A DNA stretch of 44,845 nucleotides from Clostridia bacterium (GTDB taxonomy: Bacteria; Bacillota; Clostridia; Oscillospirales; CAG-272): positions 1 through 44,845 of the forward strand of contig JAGBZV010000049.1 in assembly GCA_017628075.1 (NCBI GenBank), in the 5' to 3' direction. Positions 35,653 to 44,845 of this stretch are shown here, piece after piece. The translations under genes and the position numbers were made by a program. A model generated the notes under the pieces. That model was not told the origin of the DNA, did no database searches, and was given only the letters and a program-made list of their open reading frames with translations. Within the stretch, counting starts at the first letter, position 1; every line of letters begins with the position of its first letter.

Positions 35653-37863
35653 ATGAATACCGGTATAGAAAAACTTTTATTCATTCTCGAAAAATCCGGG
35701 AAGAATTACGACCTGATAAAGATCCGTGCGGCCTATCAGTGTGCGGCAGAGCTGCACGATGGACAGTTCCGCAATTCGGGTGAGGCGTATATCTCGCACC
35801 CTATTGCAGTTGCGGAGATAGCTGCCGGGCTTGGACTTGATACGGATTCCATCTGTGCCGCGCTTCTGCACGACACGGTGGAGGACTGTGCAGAAAAGGT
35901 CAATCTTGACGAGATCCGCCGCCGCTTCGGTCCGGTTGTCGCAGAGCTTGTTGACGGTCTGACAAAGATGGTCAACATTCCGTTTGCGGACAAGGAGGAG
36001 CAGAGCGTTGAGAATCTCCGTAAAATGCTGCTTGCGATGTCACGCGACATCCGCGTTATCTTCATCAAGCTCTGCGACCGTTTGCATAATATGCGCACCC
36101 TTGATGCAAAGCCCGAGCATAAGCGCCGCATTACTGCGCTGGAAACGATGAACGTCTACGCGCCGCTGGCGCACAGGCTCGGTATGCAGCGCATCAAGCA
36201 CGAGCTTGAGAATCTGTCGCTGTCGTATCTGGACCCCATTGGATACAATGAGGTCTATAATGATATCGAACGCAAATACGGTATCAACCGTAATTTCTTG
36301 GAGAAGGCACGCGGACAGATTGCAAATAAGCTGACCGAGTACAACATTCATTTCCAGCTTGAGGGCCGTGTCAAGAGCGTATACTCCCTCTACAAAAAAA
36401 TGTACAATCATAACAAGAGCTTCGATGAGATCTACGATTTTTATGCACTGCGCATCATCGTGGATACGGAGCTTGAGTGTTATACGGCGCTCGGCATCAT
36501 TCACGATATGTTCCGCTCCATGCCGGGGCGCTTTAAGGATTATATTTCTACGCCCAAGCCGAATCTGTATCGCTCTCTGCATACGACGGTCATTGGCCGT
36601 GACGGTATTCCCTTTGAGGTACAGATCAGAACGTGGGAGATGCACCATATCGCTGAATACGGTATCGCCGCGCATTGGAAGTACAAGTCCGGAGAGGCCG
36701 CAGGCGGTGACATCGACAAGAAGCTGGAGTGGGTTGCAAACCTCGTTGAAACCGAAGAGGATACGCACGACCCGGATGAGTTTATGCGTGCCCTCAAGAT
36801 CGATATTTTCCAGGACGAAACCTTCGTCTTCACGCCCAAGGGCGATGTTATAGCGCTGCCGCAGGGATCGACGGTCATTGACTTTGCGTACAACATTCAT
36901 TCGCAGGTCGGAAACAAGATGATCGGCGGCAAGATCAACGGTATGATCGTGCCCATCGATCGCGTGCTTCAAAACGGAGAGATCGTTGAGATCATTACCT
37001 CCGGACAGTCGCGCGGACCGTCCCGCGACTGGCTCAAGGTCGTCAAGACCTCTGAGGCAAAGAATAAGATCCGGCAATGGTTCAAAAAGGAAAAGCGTTC
37101 GGAGAACATTGCCGTTGGCCGGTCCGAGCTGGATCGGGAACTCAGGCATTACGGCATTTCCTATACGGAGGCGCAGTACCAGGCGGTGATGTCTAATCTT
37201 GCAAAGCGGCTCGGCCTGCACGAGGTGGACGATCTCTACAATACCATTGGATACGGCGGTCTGTCCGTAGCGAAGATCTCCGGCAAGCTGCGCGATGCCT
37301 TTGATTCCGTGGTTGCACCGGAGCCGGCGCAGGAGCCGCTGCGCGACGTGTCACAGGTACAGCTTACGCCTAAGGCTGCACCTCACGCAAAGCACTTTAC
37401 CGGCTCTGTGATCGTGGACGGCGTAGATGGCTGCCAGGTCAAGTTTGCCAAGTGCTGCAGCCCGCTGCCGGGTGATAAGCTCGTGGCCTTTGTCACGAAG
37501 GGATTTGGCATTTCCATTCACAAGGCGGACTGTGTCAACATTGCACAGAGGCGCACAAGCAGTGAGGATGCTTCCCGCTTCAAGTCGGCGCAGTGGGTGG
37601 ACGACTACGTTTCAGGAGCGCAAAACAGAACCTTTGAGGCAGGCCTTCTCATCACGGCGGTCAATTCCTACGTGCTGATTGCGGAGATCACCATGGCGCT
37701 TGCCGATATGCGCGTTTCGATTCTGCAAATGAATTCACAGAACAAGAGCGATTCTGAGGTCGTCATTACCATGACCGTCGGATGTAAGAATCTTGAGCAT
37801 CTGTACTCCATCCAAGCGCGGCTGCGGAACATCCGCGACGTTGTGCGCGTTACACGAATGTAG
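35653..37863 (+). CDS. relA: Bifunctional (p)ppGpp synthetase/hydrolase, long RSH (Rel)
   Basis: HD hydrolase domain (HPIAVAEI...LHDTVED), synthetase domain (YRSLHTTV...FEVQIRT), then TGS and ACT regions; 736 aa. Confidence 0.95.
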   Translation: MNTGIEKLLFILEKSGKNYDLIKIRAAYQCAAELHDGQFRNSGEAYISHPIAVAEIAAGLGLDTDSICAALLHDTVEDCAEKVNLDEIRRRFGPVVAELVDGLTKMVNIPFADKEEQSVENLRKMLLAMSRDIRVIFIKLCDRLHNMRTLDAKPEHKRRITALETMNVYAPLAHRLGMQRIKHELENLSLSYLDPIGYNEVYNDIERKYGINRNFLEKARGQIANKLTEYNIHFQLEGRVKSVYSLYKKMYNHNKSFDEIYDFYALRIIVDTELECYTALGIIHDMFRSMPGRFKDYISTPKPNLYRSLHTTVIGRDGIPFEVQIRTWEMHHIAEYGIAAHWKYKSGEAAGGDIDKKLEWVANLVETEEDTHDPDEFMRALKIDIFQDETFVFTPKGDVIALPQGSTVIDFAYNIHSQVGNKMIGGKINGMIVPIDRVLQNGEIVEIITSGQSRGPSRDWLKVVKTSEAKNKIRQWFKKEKRSENIAVGRSELDRELRHYGISYTEAQYQAVMSNLAKRLGLHEVDDLYNTIGYGGLSVAKISGKLRDAFDSVVAPEPAQEPLRDVSQVQLTPKAAPHAKHFTGSVIVDGVDGCQVKFAKCCSPLPGDKLVAFVTKGFGISIHKADCVNIAQRRTSSEDASRFKSAQWVDDYVSGAQNRTFEAGLLITAVNSYVLIAEITMALADMRVSILQMNSQNKSDSEVVITMTVGCKNLEHLYSIQARLRNIRDVVRVTRM

Positions 37864-37899
37864 GAGCCGTCTGCAGGACGGGGAAAGGACGAACATCCA

Positions 37900-38355
37900 A
37901 TGAAAGCATTGCTGCAGCGCGTGAGCTCTGCTTCCGTTTCCGTCGAGGGGAAGACGCTGTCATCCATTGAACAGGGATTTCTGATTTTGCTCGGCGTGAA
38001 AAAGGGGGATGACGAGGAGGATGCACGCCTTCTCTCTGAAAAAATCGCAAAGCTCCGTATCTTTTCCGATGAGAATGGGAAAATGAACAAATCGGTCCGC
38101 GACATCGGCGGATCTCTGCTCGTGGTGTCGCAGTTTACGCTGTGCGCAAATTATGCGCACGGGAACCGGCCGGATTTTCTGGAGGCGGAGGGACCTGCAA
38201 GAGCCAACGAGCTGTACGAATATTTCGTTTCACTCCTGCGTGAGCAGGATATTCCGGTCGGCACAGGAGAATTCGGCGCGGATATGCAGATCGCACTTGT
38301 CAATGATGGACCTGTGACGGTCATGCTGGAATCCAACGTGCTGCGAAAAAAATAA
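37900..38355 (+). CDS. dtd: D-aminoacyl-tRNA deacylase
   Basis: MKALLQRVSSASVSVEGK...GFLILLGV...LLVVSQFTL...GNRP.F...NDGPVT is the canonical Dtd sequence. rel-dtd synteny. Confidence 0.93.
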   Translation: MKALLQRVSSASVSVEGKTLSSIEQGFLILLGVKKGDDEEDARLLSEKIAKLRIFSDENGKMNKSVRDIGGSLLVVSQFTLCANYAHGNRPDFLEAEGPARANELYEYFVSLLREQDIPVGTGEFGADMQIALVNDGPVTVMLESNVLRKK

Positions 38356-38402
38356 TTGTCTGGAAGGAGAGCCCACCGTGCCCGTGCGCGGCGGCTGGAC
38401 CA

Positions 38403-39935
38403 ATGAAGTTACGCATTGACGGAAAAATCAATCATTATTATGTTCAGACACTCTGTATGATGCTGTTTCCGGGTGTCAGATTTTCTGAGGATGAGGTGGA
38501 GTCACCCGATGCGACTGCGGCGTATGTGAAAACGGAGCCGCTTCTGCGCGAAGCAGAGGGCGCTGCAGGAGAATACGGTATCCGTGCCGAGGTGACGCTG
38601 CGCCATGCAGGCAGATGCGCCTCCTCTGTGCACGAGATGGCGTACAGCGCCCTGCATACGCATGAAAAAACCGAAAAGATTGCGGTTGGAAAATGCTTTT
38701 TTGATGCGGGTGAGGAGCTTTTGCACTACCGTCCCGTTTGGGGAATTCTGACGGGCGTTCGCCCGGCAAAGCTTGCCATGGATTATCTCAATCGCGGATT
38801 TGATGCGGAGGCTGTCAAGGCGATTCTGCGCGAGGAAATGCTGGTCAATCCGAAAAAAGCGACGCTTGCCACCGACGTTGCCGTTTTTGAAAAGCAGCTT
38901 GCAGACGTGACGACGCCGGATACCTGCTCGGTTTATATTTCCATTCCGTTTTGTCCCACGCGCTGTGCGTATTGCTCGTTCGTTTCCTATACCTCTCAAA
39001 AGCTTTTGGCGCTGATTCCCGAGTATCTTGTCAAGCTGTGCGGGGAGATCGATGAAACGTTCCGCATCCTTCGTGAAAACGGTCGGCGCGTTGTCACCGT
39101 ATACATCGGCGGCGGAACGCCGACGACGCTCAATGCGTCCCAGCTTGAGATCCTTTTGGCGCGGATTGCCGCAAACGTTGACGTGTCCTCGCTTGCAGAG
39201 TTCACGCTGGAAGCGGGAAGGCCCGATACGATCACGGAGGAAAAGTTCAGGATTGCGCGCCGCTACGGTGTTACGCGCATTTCTATCAATCCGCAGACGC
39301 TCAACGATGAGATACTAGCATCCATCGGCCGCCGTCATACGGTGGAGGATTTTCTGCGTGCGTACGATATTGCCCGGAGCTCCGGCATTCCGCACATCAA
39401 TACAGATCTGATCGCCGGTCTTCCGGGCGAGTCGTTCCTTTCCTTTTCCAAGACCGTTGACAGAATTTTGGAGCTGCATCCGGATAATATTACGGTGCAT
39501 ACCTTCTGTGTCAAAAAAGCGGCGGAAATACTGCGTGAGGGCACGGACGTCTATTCCAGAACGGGCGGAGAAACAGGGAAAAGCGTGGAATATTCTCACG
39601 TTTCCGTCATCAATGCCGGCTATCAGCCGTATTATTTGTACAGACAGAAGAACACCGTCGGTAATTTTGAAAACGTTGGCTTCTGCCTGCCCGGAACCGA
39701 GGGCCGATACAATATTCTGATGATGGAGGAGCTGCATTCTGTATTTGCCGTCGGCGCAGGTGCGGTTACCAAGCTCGTTTCTGCAGATCGCGGACATATT
39801 GAGCGGATATTCTCACCCAAATACCCCTATGAGTATCTGGCGCCGGGGGCGCCGACGACTGCGAATCGGAATGACGATGAGGCGATCCGTGCGTATTTTG
39901 AAAAATACTTAGTGTTACAGACGAAAACCACGTGA
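38403..39935 (+). CDS. hemZ: Radical SAM protein, HemZ-type coproporphyrinogen dehydrogenase-like
   Basis: ISIPFCPTRCAYCSF contains the CxxxCxxC radical SAM cluster motif, with YIGGGTPT and HemN-like downstream motifs. About 510 aa with an N-terminal extension, as in HemZ. Confidence 0.75.
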   Translation: MKLRIDGKINHYYVQTLCMMLFPGVRFSEDEVESPDATAAYVKTEPLLREAEGAAGEYGIRAEVTLRHAGRCASSVHEMAYSALHTHEKTEKIAVGKCFFDAGEELLHYRPVWGILTGVRPAKLAMDYLNRGFDAEAVKAILREEMLVNPKKATLATDVAVFEKQLADVTTPDTCSVYISIPFCPTRCAYCSFVSYTSQKLLALIPEYLVKLCGEIDETFRILRENGRRVVTVYIGGGTPTTLNASQLEILLARIAANVDVSSLAEFTLEAGRPDTITEEKFRIARRYGVTRISINPQTLNDEILASIGRRHTVEDFLRAYDIARSSGIPHINTDLIAGLPGESFLSFSKTVDRILELHPDNITVHTFCVKKAAEILREGTDVYSRTGGETGKSVEYSHVSVINAGYQPYYLYRQKNTVGNFENVGFCLPGTEGRYNILMMEELHSVFAVGAGAVTKLVSADRGHIERIFSPKYPYEYLAPGAPTTANRNDDEAIRAYFEKYLVLQTKTT

Positions 39936-39949
39936 AAGGAGATGCTGCG

Positions 39950-40849
39950 ATGACAAAAAAGACAGCCGACGTGCAGATGCTGATTGCACGCAGTGAGCAG
40001 AGATTTACCGACCAGATCCGCGCTGCCGCAGCCACCTTGCTGGCACAGCCCAATCTGCAGATCATTACCGTTACAGGACCGACCTGCTCTGGAAAAACGA
40101 CAACAGCTCAGCTTCTGACCGAAGTGCTTGAGGCGGCAGGTCACAGAGTGTTTCCGGTTTCCTTTGACGATTTTTTCCTTGATCGGAGCCGCCTTCCTCT
40201 GACGCCGAGCGGCCGTGTGGATCACGATACGGTGGCAGCACTCGATATGGAAACCCTCACCTCGTGTCTGACGCGCCTTGTCAGAGAGGAAGAAACGGAC
40301 CTGCCGCTGTTTGATTTCGTAACCGGAAAAAGAGGCGGCGTCCGCAGGTATGTTCCGGTGGAGGGAGATATCATTTTGCTGGAAGGGATCCAGGCGATGT
40401 ACCCTGAGATCCGCGCACTCCTTCCGGGGGACACCGTCCGCAGCATCGCTATTTTGCCCGAACGTGACGTTGAAACACCGTGCGGCGTTTTGCACGCGCG
40501 GGAGATCCGGCTTCTCAGAAGGCTTGTGCGCGATGCGCGCACGCGCGGATCCGATGCACAGAAGACGCTTTCCATGTGGGAGGACGTTTGCGTAAATGAG
40601 GATGCCAATATCTATCCGTATCTTGACTGTGCGGATATCTGCATCGATTCCTATATGGAATATGAGGTCGGCGTGATCCGGCCAATGGCAGAGGCGGTGC
40701 TCGCCGGATTGGATGATGATAGCGTATATAAGACGTATGCGGACTCTCTGCTTGCGCGGCTTGCGTGCGTGGAGGCTTTAGATGCGGACGGCGTTCCAGC
40801 CGATTCCATGTTCCGTGAATTTATTGGAAAAAAGGAGCAGCCACAATGA
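39950..40849 (+). CDS. Uridine kinase-like nucleoside kinase (P-loop, PRK/Udk family)
   Basis: ITVTGPTCSGKTTTAQLL Walker A, FDDFF, DHD..AALD and PLFDFVTGKR...GDIILLEGI follow the Udk motif order. ATG at 39950 follows GAAAGGAG. The substrate is unknown. Confidence 0.7.
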   Translation: MTKKTADVQMLIARSEQRFTDQIRAAAATLLAQPNLQIITVTGPTCSGKTTTAQLLTEVLEAAGHRVFPVSFDDFFLDRSRLPLTPSGRVDHDTVAALDMETLTSCLTRLVREEETDLPLFDFVTGKRGGVRRYVPVEGDIILLEGIQAMYPEIRALLPGDTVRSIAILPERDVETPCGVLHAREIRLLRRLVRDARTRGSDAQKTLSMWEDVCVNEDANIYPYLDCADICIDSYMEYEVGVIRPMAEAVLAGLDDDSVYKTYADSLLARLACVEALDADGVPADSMFREFIGKKEQPQ

Positions 40850-41694
40850 TACAAAGACCAGACATCACCGTATACCGTGAATCCGCCGACGCATTGGCGG
40901 AGCGTATTCGTGCCAAGGGATTTTCCACCCCATCTGTGGCGGTGATCCTTGGCTCCGGACTCGGCGCGTATGCCGCCTCCGATGCCGTTGCTGAACGCCT
41001 TGTGATCCCATACCGTGAGATCCCGAATTTTCCGGTTTCGACCGTTTCCTATCAGAAGGGAGAGCTTGTCGTCGGACGGGTAGGCGGGAAGACCGTTCTG
41101 TTTTTCAACGGGCGCTTCCACTATTATGAGGGCTGGGAAATGTGGCAGGCATCCTATCCGACGGCGGTCAGCCGTCTTCTTGGCGTGGACACCATGATCG
41201 TTACAAACGCCGCCGGCGGCATCAACGCCGACGTCCTGACGCCGGGCGACCTGGTTCTTCTGACCGACCATATCAAGCTCTGTGCGGATTCTCCGATGCG
41301 CGGCAGAAACGAGGATGCTCTCGGTGAGCGCTTCTTTGATATGCAGGCGGTCTACGATGTGAATCTCCGCGCCTTGGCGCACCGCTGTGCTGCGGAATGC
41401 GGCATTTCCTTGAAGGAGGGCGTATACGCCTATATGGCAGGACCGCAGTTTGAAACGCCGGCTGAGATCCGTGCCTTGCGTCTGCTTGGGGCAGACGTCG
41501 TGGGAATGTCGACCGTGCCGGAGATCATCGAGGCGGCGCACTGCGGTATCCGCGTCCTTGGCATTTCCTGCGTGACCAACCTCGCTGCCGGGGTAACCGG
41601 CGCTCCGATGACGGAGGAGGAGGTACTTGCAACCTCTGCGGCGGTACAGGATCATTTTACTGCACTTTTGGATTCTGTGATCCGCCGCATCTGA
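40846..41694 (+). CDS. punA: Purine nucleoside phosphorylase (PNP family 2, PunA-type)
   Basis: VILGSGLG, GRFHYYEG and YAYMAGPQFETPAEIRALRLLGADVVGMSTVPE. The start overlaps the previous stop (ATGA). Confidence 0.9.
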   Translation: MIQRPDITVYRESADALAERIRAKGFSTPSVAVILGSGLGAYAASDAVAERLVIPYREIPNFPVSTVSYQKGELVVGRVGGKTVLFFNGRFHYYEGWEMWQASYPTAVSRLLGVDTMIVTNAAGGINADVLTPGDLVLLTDHIKLCADSPMRGRNEDALGERFFDMQAVYDVNLRALAHRCAAECGISLKEGVYAYMAGPQFETPAEIRALRLLGADVVGMSTVPEIIEAAHCGIRVLGISCVTNLAAGVTGAPMTEEEVLATSAAVQDHFTALLDSVIRRI

Positions 41695-41716
41695 CAGCTG
41701 AAAGGAAGACGATTAA

Positions 41717-43006
41717 ATGAAAACACTGTTTTGTGATATTACGACACTCAATGAAAACGGCGACGCGCACGCGCATCGCTACGTTCTCGTCGAGGATTCT
41801 CACATTACGGGAATCTTCGACGCACGGCCGGCCGGACGCTTTGACCGCGAGATTATGGGTAAGGGGCGGCTTTTGATGCCGGGCTTCTATAACTGTCATG
41901 CGCATACCGCGATGACGCTGTTCCGCGGCTACGGAGAGGATCTTCCGCTTTCGGATTGGCTCAATACACGTATTTTCCCGGCAGAGGACAGGCTGACCTC
42001 GGAGGCAGTCTATCATGCGTCTATGCTTGCCGCGGCAGAGATGATCCGCGCCGGCATCGTGTCCTTCTCTGATATGTATTTCTTCTGTGAGGACACGATC
42101 CGAGCCGTTGCGGAAACCGGTCTGAAGGCGAATATCGCACGCTGCATCACGTGCTTCAACCCCGATGAAACGCCCGAAACGGACATCCGCTTCAAGGAGG
42201 CAATGGCGCTTTATGGGCAGTATCATAATTTTGCGGACGGCCGCATAAAAATGGATATGTCCGTACACGCGGAGTATACCACGCAGCCCAACGCCATTCG
42301 CTACGTAGCAGAGGCGGCGCGCGACCTGGGGCTTCATATGCACGTGCATATGTCGGAAACGGAGGCAGAGCATAACGAATGTATTGCCCGCCACGGAAAA
42401 ACCCCCGCACAGCACTTCTGCGATCTCGGCGTATTTGACGTGCCGACGGTCGCCGCACATTGCGTTTGGGTTTCTGACGATGATATTGCGCTGATGGCGG
42501 AGCGCGGCGTGTTTGCAGCGCACAATCCAACCTCCAATCTGAAGCTCGGCTCCGGCGTTATGCCGCTGTGGAAAATGCACCGCGCGGGCGTGCCCGTCGT
42601 CCTCGGAACGGACGGCGTGGCGTCCAACAACCGGCTGGACGTCCTCAGAGAGATGAATATGGCGGCGCTTCTGCAGAAGGGTACGGATCGCGTTTGTGAC
42701 GCGATGCGGGCATCGGATTTTGTGCCCTTTGCCACCGTCAACGGCGCCCGTGCGCAGGGCAGAGAGGATTGCGGCAGATTGCGCTGCGGCGCGCGCGCAG
42801 ACCTCGTTATGCTCGATATGGACGCGGTCAACAATATCCCGTGCTATGCACCGGCAACGGCGCTTGTACACAGCGCGGTTTCCTCCGATGTCGTAATGAC
42901 GATGGTTGACGGAAGGATTCTGTATGAAAACGGACAGTTTACTACGCTCGATATCGAGGGAGTGAAGCATCGGATGCGCGAAACGGTCAAGCACTACTTT
43001 GACTGA
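41717..43006 (+). CDS. mtaD: Amidohydrolase: 5-methylthioadenosine/S-adenosylhomocysteine deaminase-like (MtaD)
   Basis: PGFYNCHAHTAMTLFRGYGEDLPLSDWL (HxH metal motif), HVHMSETEAE and LGTDGVASNN are typical of the MtaD/SsnA branch of amidohydrolases. Confidence 0.85.
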   Translation: MKTLFCDITTLNENGDAHAHRYVLVEDSHITGIFDARPAGRFDREIMGKGRLLMPGFYNCHAHTAMTLFRGYGEDLPLSDWLNTRIFPAEDRLTSEAVYHASMLAAAEMIRAGIVSFSDMYFFCEDTIRAVAETGLKANIARCITCFNPDETPETDIRFKEAMALYGQYHNFADGRIKMDMSVHAEYTTQPNAIRYVAEAARDLGLHMHVHMSETEAEHNECIARHGKTPAQHFCDLGVFDVPTVAAHCVWVSDDDIALMAERGVFAAHNPTSNLKLGSGVMPLWKMHRAGVPVVLGTDGVASNNRLDVLREMNMAALLQKGTDRVCDAMRASDFVPFATVNGARAQGREDCGRLRCGARADLVMLDMDAVNNIPCYAPATALVHSAVSSDVVMTMVDGRILYENGQFTTLDIEGVKHRMRETVKHYFD

Positions 43007-43135
43007 TTGCCGCATTTCCGGACAGAAAAAACGGAACGTACCGATGGGAATATGCCCGTCGGTGAAAGAGATATGAAACGGATGAAAATCACGCTCATAT
43101 TTCTTTTCTTTTTTGCAGTTTTGGGAGGATGCCGT

Positions 43136-44815
43136 GTGGATAAGATGAAGAAAACCAAGGAGGCAGGAGCGCGCTTTGCATGGGGCGTGCTGTTTCTGAC
43201 CGTTTCCAACGTACTGACCAAGCTTTGCGGTTTGTTTTTACGCGTGCCGTTGACCAATATGCTTGGAGATACGGGGATGGCGTATTTCAATTTGGCGTAT
43301 GCTGTTTACAAGTGGTTCTACATGATCTCAACGGCAGGCCTTCCCGTGGCGGCTGCCGTGCTCTGCGCGCAGTATGCGCACGATACCGATGATCCCGCAC
43401 GCCGCTCGGCAAATCTGCGGCGCGTTTGTACGGTTACGCTCGCGGCGTTTTTTACGCTCGGTGCGCTCGGTGCAATTCTGATGGCGCTGGGGGCGGATCA
43501 GCTTGCCGCACTGCAGCACGCGCCAAGAGCGGCAGAGGCAACGGCAGCGCTTGCGCCAGCGCTGTTCTGTATCTGTATTTCGTCTGCCTTGCGCGGCTTT
43601 TATCAGGGGCTGTCCTGTCAGCTTCCCGCGGCGGTGGCACAGGTGGTGGAGGCTGCCTTCAAGACAATTTGCGGATTGGCGCTCGGCGTGCTGTCCATGC
43701 GGCGCGGAGATCCCATTCATATCGTTGCGGCTCATGCGATTTCAGGACTTTCCGTGGGCTGCTTGTGCAGTATGCTTGTGATGCTGTGTGCCTATCCTGT
43801 GGTTGCGCGGGTACATGGAATCGGGCGGAGCAGGGAGCGTGCCTCCGTGCGTGCCGCAGTCAGCAGGGGAGAAGTTCTGCGAGCGCTTCTGCGGGCAGCC
43901 GTTCCCATCACGCTGTCTGCATCGGTGATGTCGCTGTGCGATATGACGGATTCGATGACAGTTATCAGGCGGCTGTGTGCGGCGGGTGTGTCTGCGGGGG
44001 ATGCTTTGGCGCAGTATGGAAGCTATACGGCGCTTGCCGTTCCGATGTTCAATCTGCCGCCGATTCTGATCTATCCGGTGACGACGGCGCTTTTGCCCGT
44101 GCTGTCCTCTGCGCGCCGGTCACGAGAGTCGTTTGCACGCATTGCGCGCGGTGCGGTTTTGCTGACGGTCACGCTTGCTATGCCTTGCAGTGCAGGTATG
44201 GCGATACTTGCAAAGCAGATCCTTCGTTTGTTTTATCGCGCGGAGCTGTGTGCCGATGCAGCACCGCTGCTTGCGCTGCTCTCACCTGCGATCTTCTTCC
44301 TGTCGCTTCTGGCCATAACGAACGTGATTCTTCAGGCTGCCGGGGCGGCGCGCTATTCGCTTTACAGTATGCTGCTCGGAGCTGCGGTCAAAATCACCTC
44401 AAGCGTGATTTTGTGTGGGATGCCGTTCTTCGGTATCCGGGGTGTGCCGCTGTCTACCGTTTTGTGCTATGCAGTGATGGCGCTTTGCAATGCGGGCTTC
44501 GTCCTGCGGAAGCTGGATATGCGTTTGCCGTTTGCCTCGCTGCTCCTGCGTCCGGGCCTTGCTTCCTTGTTCTGCGCAGTAAGCGCGCGTGCCGCGCTTG
44601 CTCTGCCGTGTTTTTCCGGCAGATGGGCGGTTTTTGCGGCGATTGCGATCGGAGGAGCCGTATATCTTGCTGTGCTGTATGCGCTCGGGGGATGCGATCC
44701 TGCGCTGCTGTCGCTTATTGGAGGGGGACGGCTTGGAGGCAACCGGCGTACGCGCGTCTCAAAAAAAGCGCAGGCGCTCGGCTCTGCAACTTTAGCGGAG
44801 AAATCAATTTCATAA
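43136..44815 (+). CDS. MOP-superfamily flippase, SpoVB/MurJ-like (polysaccharide biosynthesis protein family)
   Basis: About 14 TM segments. The N-terminus AWGVLFLTVSNVLTKLCGLFLRVPLTNMLGDTGMAYFNLAYAVY follows the SpoVB/MurJ pattern. The start is uncertain: GTG 43136 lies 7 nt after GGAGG, and ATG 43145 or upstream ATG 43073 are also possible. Confidence 0.75.
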   Translation: MDKMKKTKEAGARFAWGVLFLTVSNVLTKLCGLFLRVPLTNMLGDTGMAYFNLAYAVYKWFYMISTAGLPVAAAVLCAQYAHDTDDPARRSANLRRVCTVTLAAFFTLGALGAILMALGADQLAALQHAPRAAEATAALAPALFCICISSALRGFYQGLSCQLPAAVAQVVEAAFKTICGLALGVLSMRRGDPIHIVAAHAISGLSVGCLCSMLVMLCAYPVVARVHGIGRSRERASVRAAVSRGEVLRALLRAAVPITLSASVMSLCDMTDSMTVIRRLCAAGVSAGDALAQYGSYTALAVPMFNLPPILIYPVTTALLPVLSSARRSRESFARIARGAVLLTVTLAMPCSAGMAILAKQILRLFYRAELCADAAPLLALLSPAIFFLSLLAITNVILQAAGAARYSLYSMLLGAAVKITSSVILCGMPFFGIRGVPLSTVLCYAVMALCNAGFVLRKLDMRLPFASLLLRPGLASLFCAVSARAALALPCFSGRWAVFAAIAIGGAVYLAVLYALGGCDPALLSLIGGGRLGGNRRTRVSKKAQALGSATLAEKSIS

Positions 44816-44845
44816 CGTAGGGCGGGGGCTTGCTCCCGCCGCTTC

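Noticed and set aside
31937-37221. Series of long minus-strand ORFs (31937-33511, 33754-35238, 36040-37221)
   Set aside because: Each is antisense to a confidently identified plus-strand gene (FAD protein/RseC-like, recJ, rel). None has an RBS or family motifs, and all are Arg-rich shadow ORFs.
40651-43015. Minus-strand ORFs of 334 aa and 452 aa
   Set aside because: They are antisense to punA and mtaD, both of which carry canonical motifs. No independent support.
43426-44820. 464-aa plus-strand ORF in an alternative frame of the flippase gene
   Set aside because: It overlaps the SpoVB/MurJ-like frame, which shows a regular TM pattern. The alternative frame is Cys/Arg/Ala-rich nonsense typical of GC-rich off-frames.

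Overview
This is a gene-dense, GC-rich chromosomal segment (roughly 55-62% GC by eye). Its gene content fits a spore-forming Clostridia genome, possibly Oscillospiraceae/Ruminococcaceae-like. I can support about 40 protein genes, and nearly all are recognisable housekeeping functions. They include groES-groEL behind a perfect CIRCE operator, rpsF-ssb-rpsR, holB-yaaT(ricT), and the sporulation/ribosome-maturation block yqfD-phoH-ybeY-era-recO. Further genes are mutS2, a sugar module of two TIM-barrel isomerase/epimerase genes plus a rhamnulokinase-like kinase, and ispD and ispF separated by a MacB/FtsX-type ABC exporter. The rest are coaX plus an ECF S-component, cdaA-cdaR, recJ-rel-dtd-hemZ, a tightly coupled nucleoside trio (udk-like, punA, mtaD) and a SpoVB/MurJ-type flippase. 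I saw no rRNA, tRNA, CRISPR array, transposase, integrase or phage gene. I do not see a convincing new multi-gene defence-type system. The most unusual signal is non-coding: a modular, hairpin-rich repeat of about 160 bp present three times in the same orientation (9053-9216, 17713-17874, 21254-21414). Each copy starts 5-44 nt after the stop codon of a plus-strand gene. Its stems carry compensatory base changes and indels break every reading frame, which suggests an RNA-level or REP/MITE-like element that I cannot assign to a known family from memory. Other items worth a second look: a 178-aa Arg/Gly-rich N-terminal extension on the PSP1/YaaT protein; an inverted YabP/YqfC-family gene with a YlbJ-like insertion; a conserved PD-(D/E)xK-like hypothetical protein translationally coupled to ispD; a 25-35 nt hairpin motif shared upstream of two unrelated genes; and a radical-SAM plus kinase/phosphorylase/deaminase cluster. 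Many long antisense or alternative-frame ORFs in the track are GC-driven shadow ORFs and were rejected.
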